Assembly (NCBI GenBank): GCA_010093815.1
Contig: ML996566.1
Strand: one strand, 5' to 3'
DNA from: Pseudovirgaria hyperparasitica
Taxonomy: Eukaryota
DNA: 64,000 nucleotides
Part shown: piece after piece, positions 24,401-36,055 of the stretch
How positions within the stretch are numbered: position 1 is the stretch's first letter
Layout: the number at the start of each line of letters is the position of its first letter
Notes under the pieces: model-generated
The model's database searches: none
Told to the model about the DNA's origin: nothing
Seen by the model: the letters and a program-made list of their open reading frames with translations, nothing else
Position numbers and translations under genes: made by a program

Positions 24401-27400
24401 CGTGAGTAGAGATGTCGTACAGACCTCGACTTCCATAACTAACAGAACTAGTGTCAAAAGCCAAATAGGCCATACTCAAGCAGCAGCGGGTCTAGCCGGA
24501 CTGCTCAAAGTTGTTTTGGCATTGAAAAATGGCAGAATTCCGCGAACTTTACATGCTACAGAGCCCTCTTTAGAGATAGATTGGCAGAGTGCGAATATGG
24601 AGTTAATCCAGCAACCTAAGTCGTGGCCCGAACAGACTGGCCGACCTCGACGGGCTGGCGTAAGTGCGTTCGGCATCGGTGGAACCAATGCACACGTGAT
24701 CGTAGAGGAATGTCCTTCGACAAGAGAACCACAGTCGGACGTGGTATCAGCAACCGACTTTCCATTCCTATTATCTGCCCATTCAGAAAATACACTCATT
24801 GAACAGGCCGCAAAACTTGCACGCCACCTTGAGAGCACCAGCGACTTTGATAGTGCTCGCCTCAGCTATTCACTGGCTACCACTCGGACTCATTTTCAGC
24901 GGCGAATTGCCATTCTGGCGAAGGACAAACCCACACTAATCAAAGAACTTCGTTCTGTCTCAAATTCAGCTGTTTCCACAACTACCAGTCAAAGGCCGTG
25001 CGTAGCAATGCTCTTCGCAGGGCAGGGAAGCCAGTATCTGGGCATGGGTAGGAACCTTTACCAAGTATATCCTGTATATCGAAATGCCATGGACCAAGTC
25101 TTATCACATTTCACCTCATTAGACGAAGGTAAATCGCTAAGAGAAGTCATGGAGGCCGTCCCAGGTAGCGATGACTCTCTACTCATAGATCGTACTAGCT
25201 TCGCACAGCCAGCCCTTTTCGCGCTAGAAGTAGCTCTATGGGAGCTTTGGAAGAGCTGGGGAGTACAGACAAAGCTGGCTATTGGTCACAGTGTCGGCGA
25301 GCTTTCGGCTGCTTACTGTGCTGGCGTCTGGAATCTAGCGGATGCCTGTCGTCTCGTTGCTGCGAGAGGACGACTGATGCAGGCTGTTCCTACTCGAGGC
25401 AGTATGGTCTCTCTTGAGGCTAGTGTTACAGAGGTATCAACAGCAATCGTTGAGGCGGGTGTGGATGGCTTGGTGAGCATCGCAGGCCATAATACTCCCA
25501 CGCAGACTGTGGCTTCCGGGGATTCGGACGCCATCAAAACCTTAATTACCTACCTCAGTACGTACGACCGCACTGTGAAGATAAAGCTACTTCCGGTCTC
25601 ACACGCCTTCCACTCGCACCACATTGATAGCATACTGGGAGACTATCAAGCGGTTCTCGATACTATGCGGTTCTCTTCACCCACGATACCAATCGTGAGC
25701 ACACTGACAGGCAAGCTAGCTCAGCCAGGCCAACTCGAAAGCCCCAGCTATTGGGTAGCGCAGGCGCGTAGAGCTGTTTGTTTTGTTGAAGGAATGCAAA
25801 CACTGAGTCAGGAGGGCGCCAATATCTTCATTGAAATGGGACCGCAATCAACTCTGACCGGGATGGGAGCAGCTTGTCTTTCCTCCGACGATTCTCTTGC
25901 CTGGCTACCATCGCTAGCAAAGAGTGGCAGGTCAGTGATACAGCATACAGTTACACAACTACATGTGCGAAGAGTTTCTATATATTGGCATGAGTATTTT
26001 GGATCGTTTGGTCGCTTTCAACCCGTGGAGTTGCCAACATATGCATTTCAGCGAGACTACTTCATTCCTTTGCGGAATCAGGGGAGGGAATTCTCCAAGC
26101 AGGACAACAACGCAAACGACCGAAGGCAACAGCAACGTACTAAACATGATACAATGGTTACAGACCGCTTTGCCTTTGAAGTTTCATGGCAACAACGAAA
26201 TCAGGAGCCGATAACTCCTCAAATTGGACTAGGAGGCAAAGGCTGCTCATGGGGGTTATTATGTGGCCCTTGCATGGACGGTGAACAACCTATAATGCCC
26301 CTGAAGCTAGCGTTATCACTGATGGGTATACAACTACTACCAGTGGCGAACATTTGCGAGGCTCAAACTCTACAGATTGATGGATTATTGTGTTTTTGGA
26401 ATTCCGGAACAAACTTGCCTAAAGCTCAGGTCCCCGACCATGTTCAGAAGTTGACCTCGGCTGGACTGCTACAGCTACAGGATGCAGTCCGCCTGCAGTT
26501 TCAGCCATGGATAGTCTGGGTCACACAGAACGCAATAGGAGCTGGTGCTGAGGATGATGGAGTCTCGGGACTTGCGGCGAGCCCACTATGGGGACTCATG
26601 CGCACTGCTCGAAATGAGCATCCCGAGCTGCGTATGCGTCTAATCGATCTCGACGTAAATCCCCACGATTTTACAAATTCGATTGGGTCTACGCTGAACA
26701 GTATGCTCAATTGTAATGCAGAGCCAGAATGTGCCATGCGACAGGGAAGGATTCTCGTCCCCCGACTGCAGCGGATCGACAAGAGCTCAATAAATCTACA
26801 GCCAGATCATGAAATTACGCTTCAAGATGGAGCAGTGCTAATCACAGGTGGTCTCGGTGTTCTCGGTCGTCACGTCGCCCGGTATCTGGTGCAGGTACAT
26901 CACATTCGACATCTCATCTTGACCTCGCGTCGTGGGATGGAAGCCAATAATGCATGCGCAACAATTGAGGAATTGACTGGACTTGGCGCGCAAGTCGCCG
27001 TAGTAGCATGCGAAATGGGCGATCCAGAAAGTGTGAAGCTACTTCTGGCCAGCTTTAATGACGCTGACTGCCCTCTACGTGGTGTTATCCACGCAGCTGG
27101 CGCACAAGACAACGGCGTCTTCACAGCGCTGACACCACAGCGATGTACCACGACATTTGCACCCAAGGTTTCGGGGGCTTGGTATCTTCATGAGCTTACT
27201 CAGGCTATGCATTTAGATTTCTTTGTAATGTTTTCATCTATATCTGGGATCATGGGTATGGAGGGCCACGCAAATTACGCGGCGGCTAACACGTTCCTTG
27301 ATGCACTCGCACATCTTCGTCGTGGAAAGGGCCAACCAGCAAGTTCTATCGCCTTCGGTCCATGGACAGGGGACGGTATGGCATCCAAAATCATCGACTC

Positions 27401-29123
27401 GACACGTGTGCGTCTTATCCAATCTGGACTCAATATGCTTGCACCCGAAGATGGATTGGAACTGCTGGCCCAGGCGATATCGAAGCGGCGTACGCTGACT
27501 GTTGCTGCCGCGTTAGACCTGGATCGACTACAGAGCTATCACGAAGACCGAGGTAACATACCGGGGCTACTACGCTCATTATTGCAACAGGGAGAGAAGA
27601 AGACTGTTGACCAAAGCCGGACCTTCAGTCAAACTATAGCCCAGGCCGCTCGCCAGGAGCGACCTCACATTACACTGAGCATAGTACAAGAGACTGTTGC
27701 GAGTGCACTGGGCTTCACTCTACCATCCCAGGTTGATATGGAAGCCACTCTGCAAGACATTGGAATTGATTCGCTCACCGCAGTTCTTATTCGCAACCGA
27801 CTGGCAAAGCTAACGGGCTTGAGTTTACCTGCCAGGTTTGTATTCCAGCACCCTAATTTAAGAGCGCTCAGCAATTTTCTGCTTTCCGAGCTAGAAGAAG
27901 AAAATTCCTCTGCATCTTCGCTGGACAATTCTACACCGAATACGACCCCATCCTCGTCACAGCTATGGCTCGACGTGGAGCCAATGAAACGAGGCTGCCT
28001 TGATGCTACTTTCACGTTTGGCAGCAAAGTCTCTACACCCCCGGAAACGGTATTTTTGACGGGGGCCACTGGCTTCGTGGGCGCGTTCATACTCCACGAG
28101 TTGCTGGAGCTTGGTGTGGAGGTCCATTGCCTGGTCCGCGCTGATGATGAGGCTCAGGGACTACAACGTTTGCTCAGCACTCTGTCAAATTATAGTTTGT
28201 GGAACGACAAACACAGCTCGTTACTCCATCCTATCATTGGCGACATGGCATTACCTCTTTTTGGGCTCACTGAAGACAAGTTTGCCGAGTTAGCAGATAG
28301 TGTTGATTCGATATGTCACTCTTCAGCATATTGCAATTGGATGGCTGACATAGGAGAGTATTTCGGCCCCAACATTGTCAGTGCCCATGAGGTTCTACGG
28401 CTGGCAGCACACGGGCGCGGGAAGGCTGTGCACATGATCTCCACGATGTCTACAATACCGAAGTATCTAGGCTACGATATTAGAGAGGACGATCCAGAGT
28501 TCGGATATGCAACTTCCAAATATACCGCGGAGAGACTTATGGTAGCTGGGCGTTGGCGAGGTGCAAAAGTATCCATCTACCGCCTACCTTTCGTTTCTGC
28601 ATCGACTGCAACCGGACATTTCCGTCTTGACCAGAAGGACTTTTTACACAACCTCATTTCTGGATGTTTGGAGATGAGCATGTTCCCCGAAATTGACGCT
28701 GACTTGTCGTCTATCATACCAGTCGACTATGTCTCCAGAACTGTCGCCAGCATCATGATGAGAGATACACATCGGATTGGGCAAGACTTCAATTTCACGA
28801 ATGGCAGTGCTCTCAGTTTTAACCAGTTCTTCACTTTCATTATCGGCAATAGCCCTGGGATCGAGATTGTTCCATTTTCGACATGGCGGAGCCATGCCTT
28901 GCGAGAAGCTGCCTCAAACACGTCAAGTCTCATAGCTCGGATCGTTCCTTTGCTTGAAGATGTCACTGATGATAAGGGGGCCTCGGCTATGGTTTCCGGT
29001 CATCCAGTGATCGAGCCGATTCTAGGAGTGAACGATTTTCCGGTGCCAATGGTTACTGAAGAATCTGCATCGAGATACGCAAAGCAAATCAGAAGTTCTC
29101 GGAAGCATTTCTGTGCCTATTGA
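21403..29123 (+). CDS. Hybrid NRPS-PKS megasynthase, A-T-KS-AT-KR-ACP-R (introns 22361-22411 and 24402-24451)
   Basis: A: YTSGSTGKPKG, NLYGPTE, YRSGDL, NNKVDR. T: FFEVGGNS. KS: DTACASS, ETHGTGT, KSQIGHTQ. AT: GHSVG, HAFHS. KR: TGGLGVLG, HAAG, NYAAAN. ACP: IGIDSL. Terminal reductase: FLTGATGFVG, GYATSK. The two GT-AG introns join the three ORFs in frame. Confidence 0.95.
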
Positions 29124-30488
29124 TCATGACAGACATTGTTATATATAGATATAAAAAAGGTTCATAGACATGGACGTCCAAATCTTCAAAGATGTCGCAT
29201 AAGATCAAACTGTATGGCTTAGACCGCCTTGGTTATCGTGGTCACTTGGCACACTGAGTATTTCTTCCTTGTCATTTTTCAGCCTGTGGACATGGTGAAT
29301 TCGAAGTACACTCAGAAAATAGCATTTCTTGCTCCCTCAGGGCTCTCAGGACTCCAGTATTTGCCTCATATTCATAGCCATCTGAGCATTAAGTCGTTAG
29401 GAGCTGGGAGTATCTAATAGAGCGTTAATTAAGCCATTCATAATGCAGCATAATGTTTTGCTGATCTGTAATTGCTCATGGCCCGCAATCTCGAATACCG
29501 CTCACATTGGAGTTGATACTCTTGTTATACTTATTTTGTTTAATTTATTGACACTATCAATACTGTTGCAATCCTACCTCGCTCCAGTCATATCTGTTGG
29601 TCCTCATTGGCTACCTAGGTCAACGTATATTAGTGTATTCAGCAAGCTTCTAGGAGAGTAGAGGACAACCTAACGTTCAATTCTTAACGTGCGCGATAAT
29701 TCCAACAGTACATGAGAGTACCGCACTCTATGGATCTGTACGAGGACCTCCGTGTGCAGGAAGACTGCAGACGAGATGTAACTAACCGCTTGTAGTGAGA
29801 CATTGGTCCACGTATCAGGAGGTTACTCCGGGAGCTAGCCGCATTATTAGTGCTTCAAATTGAAGACGTTGTACAAGTCCTCCGTCCAAAGGCCAGCTTC
29901 AGAACGTGTTGCAATGGGCAGCATCCGTTCTATCTTGACCATGAAGCTTTCATGTCCGTAAACATTGGATATCCATCTATCTTCCAGTATCCACATAAAA
30001 TAAGTTCATCGGAGTGCAGTGAGCCATGAAACACTCTAGTACATAGTATTTACCGCGGACTAAACAATCATTTGCATCTCGTGGAATGTGTTCCACTCTA
30101 AGCACGCAGTAGAGCCATATGTGTGATTGAATCGCTCAGGATTAACAGAATTGGCTACATGTTAGTATGGCTCCGACAGGACAGTACGGACACAGGATAC
30201 ATAACCCCCTTGTCAGGCAGTCGCCTAGTTGCTTTGAGTCCAGCTATGAACTAAACTATGGCTTTATGCAGTAACTATTTGGCGTCATGCAGTGGTTCTT
30301 TCGCGCTATGCAGGTCCCCGCTTACACACAGTAATTAGAATTTCCCAACACTCCTAGCGTTAGTAATCCCTCAGCTGAGGAGTACTGATATGGTTATGTT
30401 AGTGCACCCGCTTTTATGATCTAGCTAGTACCACTTTCTACGAAGCTCGAGCCTAAGGAGACGAGACTATAGACCGTGATCCTCGGCG

Positions 30489-31763
30489 ATGCAATGCTCA
30501 AACCAATATACAACCACGCACAATGACCTTCGTTCAGAAGAATTTGGCCGGCGATCAGCATGTGATAGGTGTCGAAGGATGAAGACACGCTGCGAGCGAC
30601 CGCAATACGGTGACAAGACACAGCTGCAACAATGCCGCCGGTGTATACAAGCTCAAACGAACTGTATCACCACTGTCGAGTCGCAATTACTTCCAGGAAT
30701 GATGCCAGATGAGCGAACACAACGCTACAAACGTCCTCGAACACCTTCTTTTGAGTCAATAGACACCGATCATCGGAATGAGTATACTGGAGCTTTTGGA
30801 GAGCAACAGCAAGACTTTTTCCTAGATGGATTCCTTGCACGATCTATAGCTGAGAGCACACCGTATACTCAATCAAGTGGGACAAATTCTGATCAAAACA
30901 TTTTACCACCATCCCGTACGGATCTACAATGGCTCGAGTTCGGGCACGATTTCGGCCTAGAAGAAAACCCGATTCCTGATAATCTAGCATTCCTTAGCAA
31001 AGTGGTTTCTCATGAGAGTAAGGAAGGCTTAACAAATGGAGACAATCCGGAAACCGCGGTGCCAATGGTGAACACAAATGAGACCGTCTCAGCAACAGAG
31101 AATGACTGTGGAATACCCCAGTGCAACAGACTGGTTGACCTGAGATCTGAATCTGAGCTGTCAAACCAAAGCGTAACAAGAGTACTACTAGAGTTCAATC
31201 ACAAAATCTCTTCAAGTTTACAGTACGATAACAACACGTCTCGGATTCACGATTGTATGGCCACGACTTTGGGACATTCCAAGAAATTTGTCGAGTTACT
31301 GAACAGAATCGTCCCGCATGAGCAAGCTATCGATATCACGGTCACTCCTAAGGATGCAACAGGCGAACTGCCAATACGAAGTAAACAAATCGACATAGAA
31401 ATTGCATTGCAAATTCTATCCTGCCACACGAGTATGCACATCATGTACGAGAAACTGTACAAGTCTCTTGTTGATCACGACTTTCAGCTAAAAGAAGCAA
31501 CCATACTGCCAGCGCTACAACTCGAGGGCCTGCAAGCACTGAGCTCTGATATGCGTAGTCACATGCTGGTACAAATCTGTATGCTGACTTTGGCAGAGAT
31601 TCAGGCCAAGATGAATTCAATAAGACGCAGTGGGTCACTGACGCCCATAGCAGCAAGGACCTTCGAAAGTGTGCTTGGGACAGACGCAAGTGAGCCATGG
31701 CGTCCGAGGGTCGGGGTGAAATGCGTCGCGGACGAGTTCCGAGATTTGCTTAGAAAAAAATGA
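30489..31763 (+). CDS. Zn(II)2Cys6 transcription factor, probable cluster-specific regulator
   Basis: ACDRCRRMKTRCERPQYGDKTQLQQCRRCIQAQTNC six-cysteine motif; next gene after the NRPS-PKS. Confidence 0.88.
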   Translation: MQCSNQYTTTHNDLRSEEFGRRSACDRCRRMKTRCERPQYGDKTQLQQCRRCIQAQTNCITTVESQLLPGMMPDERTQRYKRPRTPSFESIDTDHRNEYTGAFGEQQQDFFLDGFLARSIAESTPYTQSSGTNSDQNILPPSRTDLQWLEFGHDFGLEENPIPDNLAFLSKVVSHESKEGLTNGDNPETAVPMVNTNETVSATENDCGIPQCNRLVDLRSESELSNQSVTRVLLEFNHKISSSLQYDNNTSRIHDCMATTLGHSKKFVELLNRIVPHEQAIDITVTPKDATGELPIRSKQIDIEIALQILSCHTSMHIMYEKLYKSLVDHDFQLKEATILPALQLEGLQALSSDMRSHMLVQICMLTLAEIQAKMNSIRRSGSLTPIAARTFESVLGTDASEPWRPRVGVKCVADEFRDLLRKK

Positions 31764-32560
31764 TTTCTTGCTCTATGAAAGCGCGTCAGATACACCGCCA
31801 GTTTTCAACATGGGTGCATATCTCATTAATGCATAACTGTGTGTTCATAAAGGCTACTACACTATCACTAGAAATTTAAACGTTGAGACCAAGAACTATA
31901 AGCGATTCAAGACCTATTCACCGTTGCTTTCTAATTTCTCCTCGGCTCTTTGAACGGCTGGACGATAACAAGCAACCTTGTAAAGGAATAGTACTGTAGA
32001 TGGATGTGACCCAATAGTTACGACAAGCGGTGTGTAGCGCCATAAGCGGCACAAGCTGACGTTTGTGTTGGCCTTGGATGACGCGTTGAAAATTTCTTGG
32101 AATGCTCGGTAAATCTTCATGTGGACAGGTCGCCCAGAAAACAGATGGAACAAAGGCATGATGATCCTGACAGATAATTAGGCAACCCATGAATGATGGC
32201 TGTTGTTTGAAGTACGCGAAGCTGGCGCCATGGATGGCCCCGCAAGCCCCTCCAACTGTCGCCCGCGGCATGGCATTGTAATGACTCATTCAGCACATAA
32301 GCGTACACTAGGTAAGATGAAGGATGAAGAGGTAACTCATGTTTAACATCAAGATTCAAAATTTCCTCCATATACGCCTTCGTCACTAAGAATTCGACAC
32401 GGTCTACCAGCGTGGAACATCCCTGTGCATTTGCGACCAATCACTATTGATCTTTCGAAGTCATCACATGAACTGAAACAAGACAAACAGTGAAGAGGAA
32501 CTCGTGGAGCAAACTTATCATAGTATGCACACAACGAGTTGGCGAGAACAGAGATAATCA

Positions 32561-33181
32561 ATGGGGATAAACATGGCGTCGCCTGGAGCCCACGACGTAA
32601 CTCGAAAACCATATACCGGGTCTTGCCACTGCGGCTTCATTAAATACGTCCTGCACGTCACACTACCTGCAGACCCGAACGTATCTGGTGCGGATTTAGA
32701 TCCCGCGATGTTCTCAAAGATCTACAGATGTAACTGCACGACATGCCACAAGATGGGCTATATGCATTGCCGGCCTGTCAGCATGACCGACGACTTTCGT
32801 CTTCTATCACCGCTCATAGACAAGCATGGTAACGCTGAAGGCCTGGGGGTATATCAATGTGGAGGCATGTATGCGTCGTGGTATTTCTGCCAGCGTTGTG
32901 GATGTAGAGCTTTCACTATCACGAAGCCAGAAGGCGGGCAGATTGTGAAGGTGAATATGGGGGAACTCATGGAGCAAGGATCGAAGGGTGAATTGAAGGA
33001 AGCATGGAAGGCGTCAGATAGCGTGAAGTATCTGAGCGTCAACGCAGTCACGATTGACGCGGGGCAAGGAGATGGGCTGAGGGAGTGGACAGAAAGGAAG
33101 TGGGTGTATTATCTGGAGCGTTTCAAGACCACGGGGCACAATATAAGCTGGGATCGACCTTTTGAAGCTGGTATGTACTGA
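32561..33181 (+). CDS. GFA/CENP-V family zinc-binding protein
   Basis: YTGSCHCG, RCNCTTCHKMG, YFCQRCG and SVNA motifs. Confidence 0.85.
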   Translation: MGINMASPGAHDVTRKPYTGSCHCGFIKYVLHVTLPADPNVSGADLDPAMFSKIYRCNCTTCHKMGYMHCRPVSMTDDFRLLSPLIDKHGNAEGLGVYQCGGMYASWYFCQRCGCRAFTITKPEGGQIVKVNMGELMEQGSKGELKEAWKASDSVKYLSVNAVTIDAGQGDGLREWTERKWVYYLERFKTTGHNISWDRPFEAGMY

Positions 33182-33205
33182 TAGTAGGAGACGTGACTTA
33201 TCAGA

Positions 33206-34435
33206 TCAGCTTTGGTGCGGAATCAACCATCGTTCTTTCTCATCAACTAGAGTTCCCACGACGCCGCCCATATCAGGACCGTTTGCCGTCCATCTCACTC
33301 TCTGAACTCTCGCCTTGCGATTGGCCCAGCCATCGCTCGCATTGTCCGTTGCATGGAACACAGCAACCGTCTCACCTCTGTAGTTCACAAACGTGCCATG
33401 TCCGGGCCCAAATGGACCTTTTCCGTCCCTACTATTCTGCAGGAGCGGCCGTCCCTTCCTCCAACTTCTAGGATCAAGGGGATCTCCACCCATGTACTGC
33501 AGCACATTCATCTTATACTCCTTTGTCCAACTCCCTGCACACGAGTACACAATTGCCTTCCAGTTACCATCTGGCGACTCCAACCACTGCGGCCCTTCAT
33601 TGATGCCTGACGAGCCTGAACACTCCCAGTTTTTGTGCGGCTGGCATATTCTCACTGGCGCGCTCGAAGCTTGCGTGGGCATGTCGAGTCTTATGATCCA
33701 GAGCTCCTGCTGATTCTCGCATCCAGGGCGGTCAACGGGCCAGCCACTATATACAAAGTACAGAGCATTGTCTAGGGTGATGACTGTACCGTCGATAGCC
33801 CATTGGCGACTGTCCATGCCTTTAATCGGGCCGGCCATCTGCCACTTGCCTGAAGTGGGCGGTTCTGTCGAGGGAGGCCCTTCCAGCACCCACATCCGGT
33901 GGGATTTGTTGCCATGCTTTGGATCGCCAGCGGCGAAGTACGCGTACCAGCGGCCGTAGATTGCGTGGAATTCTGGTGCCCATATGTCGGCGGAAAAGGG
34001 CTGGTCAGGGGGCGGGACCCTGTCATAATTAGTTTATATCTGCCGATGTTACTTGAGTGAAGCGGAAGATCATGATGTATGGAGCCTGTAATGATGATCT
34101 TACTCACCATAAAACGTGCTTTTCGTAGTTGTAAAAGTCGAGTAGATCGTGCGAAGTCCAAATCTCGACGCTTCCACCGGTCGTGAACATCTAGAAAAGT
34201 CAGAGCACATCGACACCAAGAACTGTGTACACAATGGTCATAACGGCGTGAGAATGAAGGTGTCGCTTACCAAATGCCACTTGCCGTGTGTATGCATGAC
34301 GAATGGGTCGGCTGCAGCATCCTTGGTAATAGTGTATACTACGTCCATAGGAGACACAGCGTTGATCTGTTGCTCCGCATATCGTTTGCCTCGATCAACA
34401 CCCTTATTGAAAAGGGATCTCAGCTTATCTGTCAT
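33206..34435 (-). CDS. Glycoside hydrolase family 43 (arabinofuranosidase/arabinanase-like), 3 exons, no evident signal peptide
   Basis: ADPF (general base), WAPEFH, WAIDGT (pKa modulator), INEGP (general acid), GPGHGTF motifs. Confidence 0.88.
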
Positions 34436-34490
34436 ATTCGTCTAGATTTAATCACCTTGTGTATACAGTATAATGTGTGTAAGTGACGAG

Positions 34491-34530
34491 TGGAACCTGA
34501 AACCTGGAACCTGGAACCTGGAACCTAGGA
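34491..34530 (+). repeat. 7-bp tandem repeat (GGAACCT) x~5 upstream of the GH43 gene
   Basis: Seen directly. Confidence 0.8.
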
Positions 34531-35159
34531 AGTGTTCGGATGAGGCATAGCTCCTATACAGATATGGTGACGTACAGCTGTATATGCAGTGGCGGTGTGC
34601 GTGGCTAGTAACGACGGAATGGACGACTATATCAGGCAGGTATCAGGCTGCAGAAGACAGTCAGGGTCCATGGATGCCGCTCTGGCTCGGGATCGGGCCA
34701 CCCGCTTTCACACGTGGACCTCGTTACAGACACGCGAGTACAACATTCATCAAAGATGTGTCGGTCAAGTGTCAACGAGGCCAGAAGAGGGAGACGAGTC
34801 AGCTAAGGGTGCTACTCGGACGAAACAATGCGGTCCGGACAAGTTGCAGAACATAGAGACAGAGACAGGACAGAAAGAAAAGGCGACCCGGCTGAAACTC
34901 GCGCTCAGGCTAGCTTAACTGTCTTATTCATAGCATAGCCAGCTTTATTTACGGACTTTGCTTCTTCCGTGACATCCACTGTTGTTATTTACCTTTGTCT
35001 AAGCATTGACCCATTAACTTTTTCCATTTGTCCGTTCGGAGGATATATTAAAGAAAGGGCTGTGCACCACCGCCGCGATTGACCTTGCAAGCCAAATCAT
35101 CCGCCAACTTTACCATTCTTCTCGTCAGCGTCAAACAGTTCGCTCTCCTACACGACACA

Positions 35160-35639
35160 ATGGCTTCAATTGCTCTTCCAACGCTAACCCTATCTCCTCT
35201 CGCGCTATTCTCCATCCCAGCCTATTACTTTGTCACTCTATCCGCCCATGTCTACGGTAGCTTCTTCGCTTCCACACGGGTCGACCGCAAGAAGCTCGAC
35301 AACACCAACCCTCGCTTTCATAATGCCGAGGTCTTCAAGAAGAGTCTGAAACCCGCTGATTATGCAAAATACGAGCGCGCAAAGGCCGCGCACCATAATG
35401 GCTACGAAGGGTTTTCTCTTTACGTCGCCGCGGCCATGGGAGGAATGCTGGCAGGTCTTGACAAGAAAGAGCTCGATATATTCGCCGTCGCTACTGTGAT
35501 AGGGAGGGTACTTTATAATGTGCTTTATATCAACACGGAGAGGAAACGGCTGAGTCTTTTGAGAAGTCTAGTATGGGCTGTGGGAATTTTCTGGAGCTTC
35601 ACCATATTGATCAGGGCCGGTTTGAAAGCCATGGTATAA
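35160..35639 (+). CDS. MAPEG-family membrane protein
   Basis: DNTNPR...ERAKAAHHNGYEGF...RVLYNVLYI...RSLVW pattern with about four hydrophobic helices. Confidence 0.8.
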   Translation: MASIALPTLTLSPLALFSIPAYYFVTLSAHVYGSFFASTRVDRKKLDNTNPRFHNAEVFKKSLKPADYAKYERAKAAHHNGYEGFSLYVAAAMGGMLAGLDKKELDIFAVATVIGRVLYNVLYINTERKRLSLLRSLVWAVGIFWSFTILIRAGLKAMV

Positions 35640-36055
35640 AGAGCGTGCCGTCATAGGTAGTATGAGTATATAGAGTCTAAGAGTGAGTATAAATGTGGAG
35701 GCAGAGAGTACGGTAAAGGCTGTATCGCGACACGACATCCATGGAGCACCCCGCTACCAACCTAGTACAGGCTGCCAGGTATTACTTGTTTAGTCATCCA
35801 CGACTACGTTGACGCATGGGTATAATTACCTCTTCCACCCATGGACATCATGCCTAATTAAGCTATTTTGCCCAACGAAAGTCATCTCGATCTTAACGAA
35901 CCGTGCCATAAGACTTGTATGATCTCAATCATAAGAATACGTAGATGCGTGGGAGCCGCTTCGTTTGTGCAAGATTCAGAGCTTCTCATACATTGGCAAA
36001 TATCTCTCATCCGTTCTTCTACTCCACGGTAGGCGACCGCTACTGGGTTGAAAAA

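Noticed and set aside
21403..24451. Three separate ORFs or a frameshifted pseudogene for the NRPS-PKS
   Set aside because: Two canonical ~50-bp GT-AG introns with branch sites restore the conserved motifs GPTEATVW and IGSVKSQIGH.
21403..29123. Calling the hybrid swnK (swainsonine)
   Set aside because: Domain order matches, but the A-domain code is glycine-like and the swnN/swnR/swnA-type genes and paired SwnH-type hydroxylases are absent.
31914..32612. Overlapping short minus-strand ORFs between the TF and GFA genes
   Set aside because: No recognisable domain or consistent splice model.
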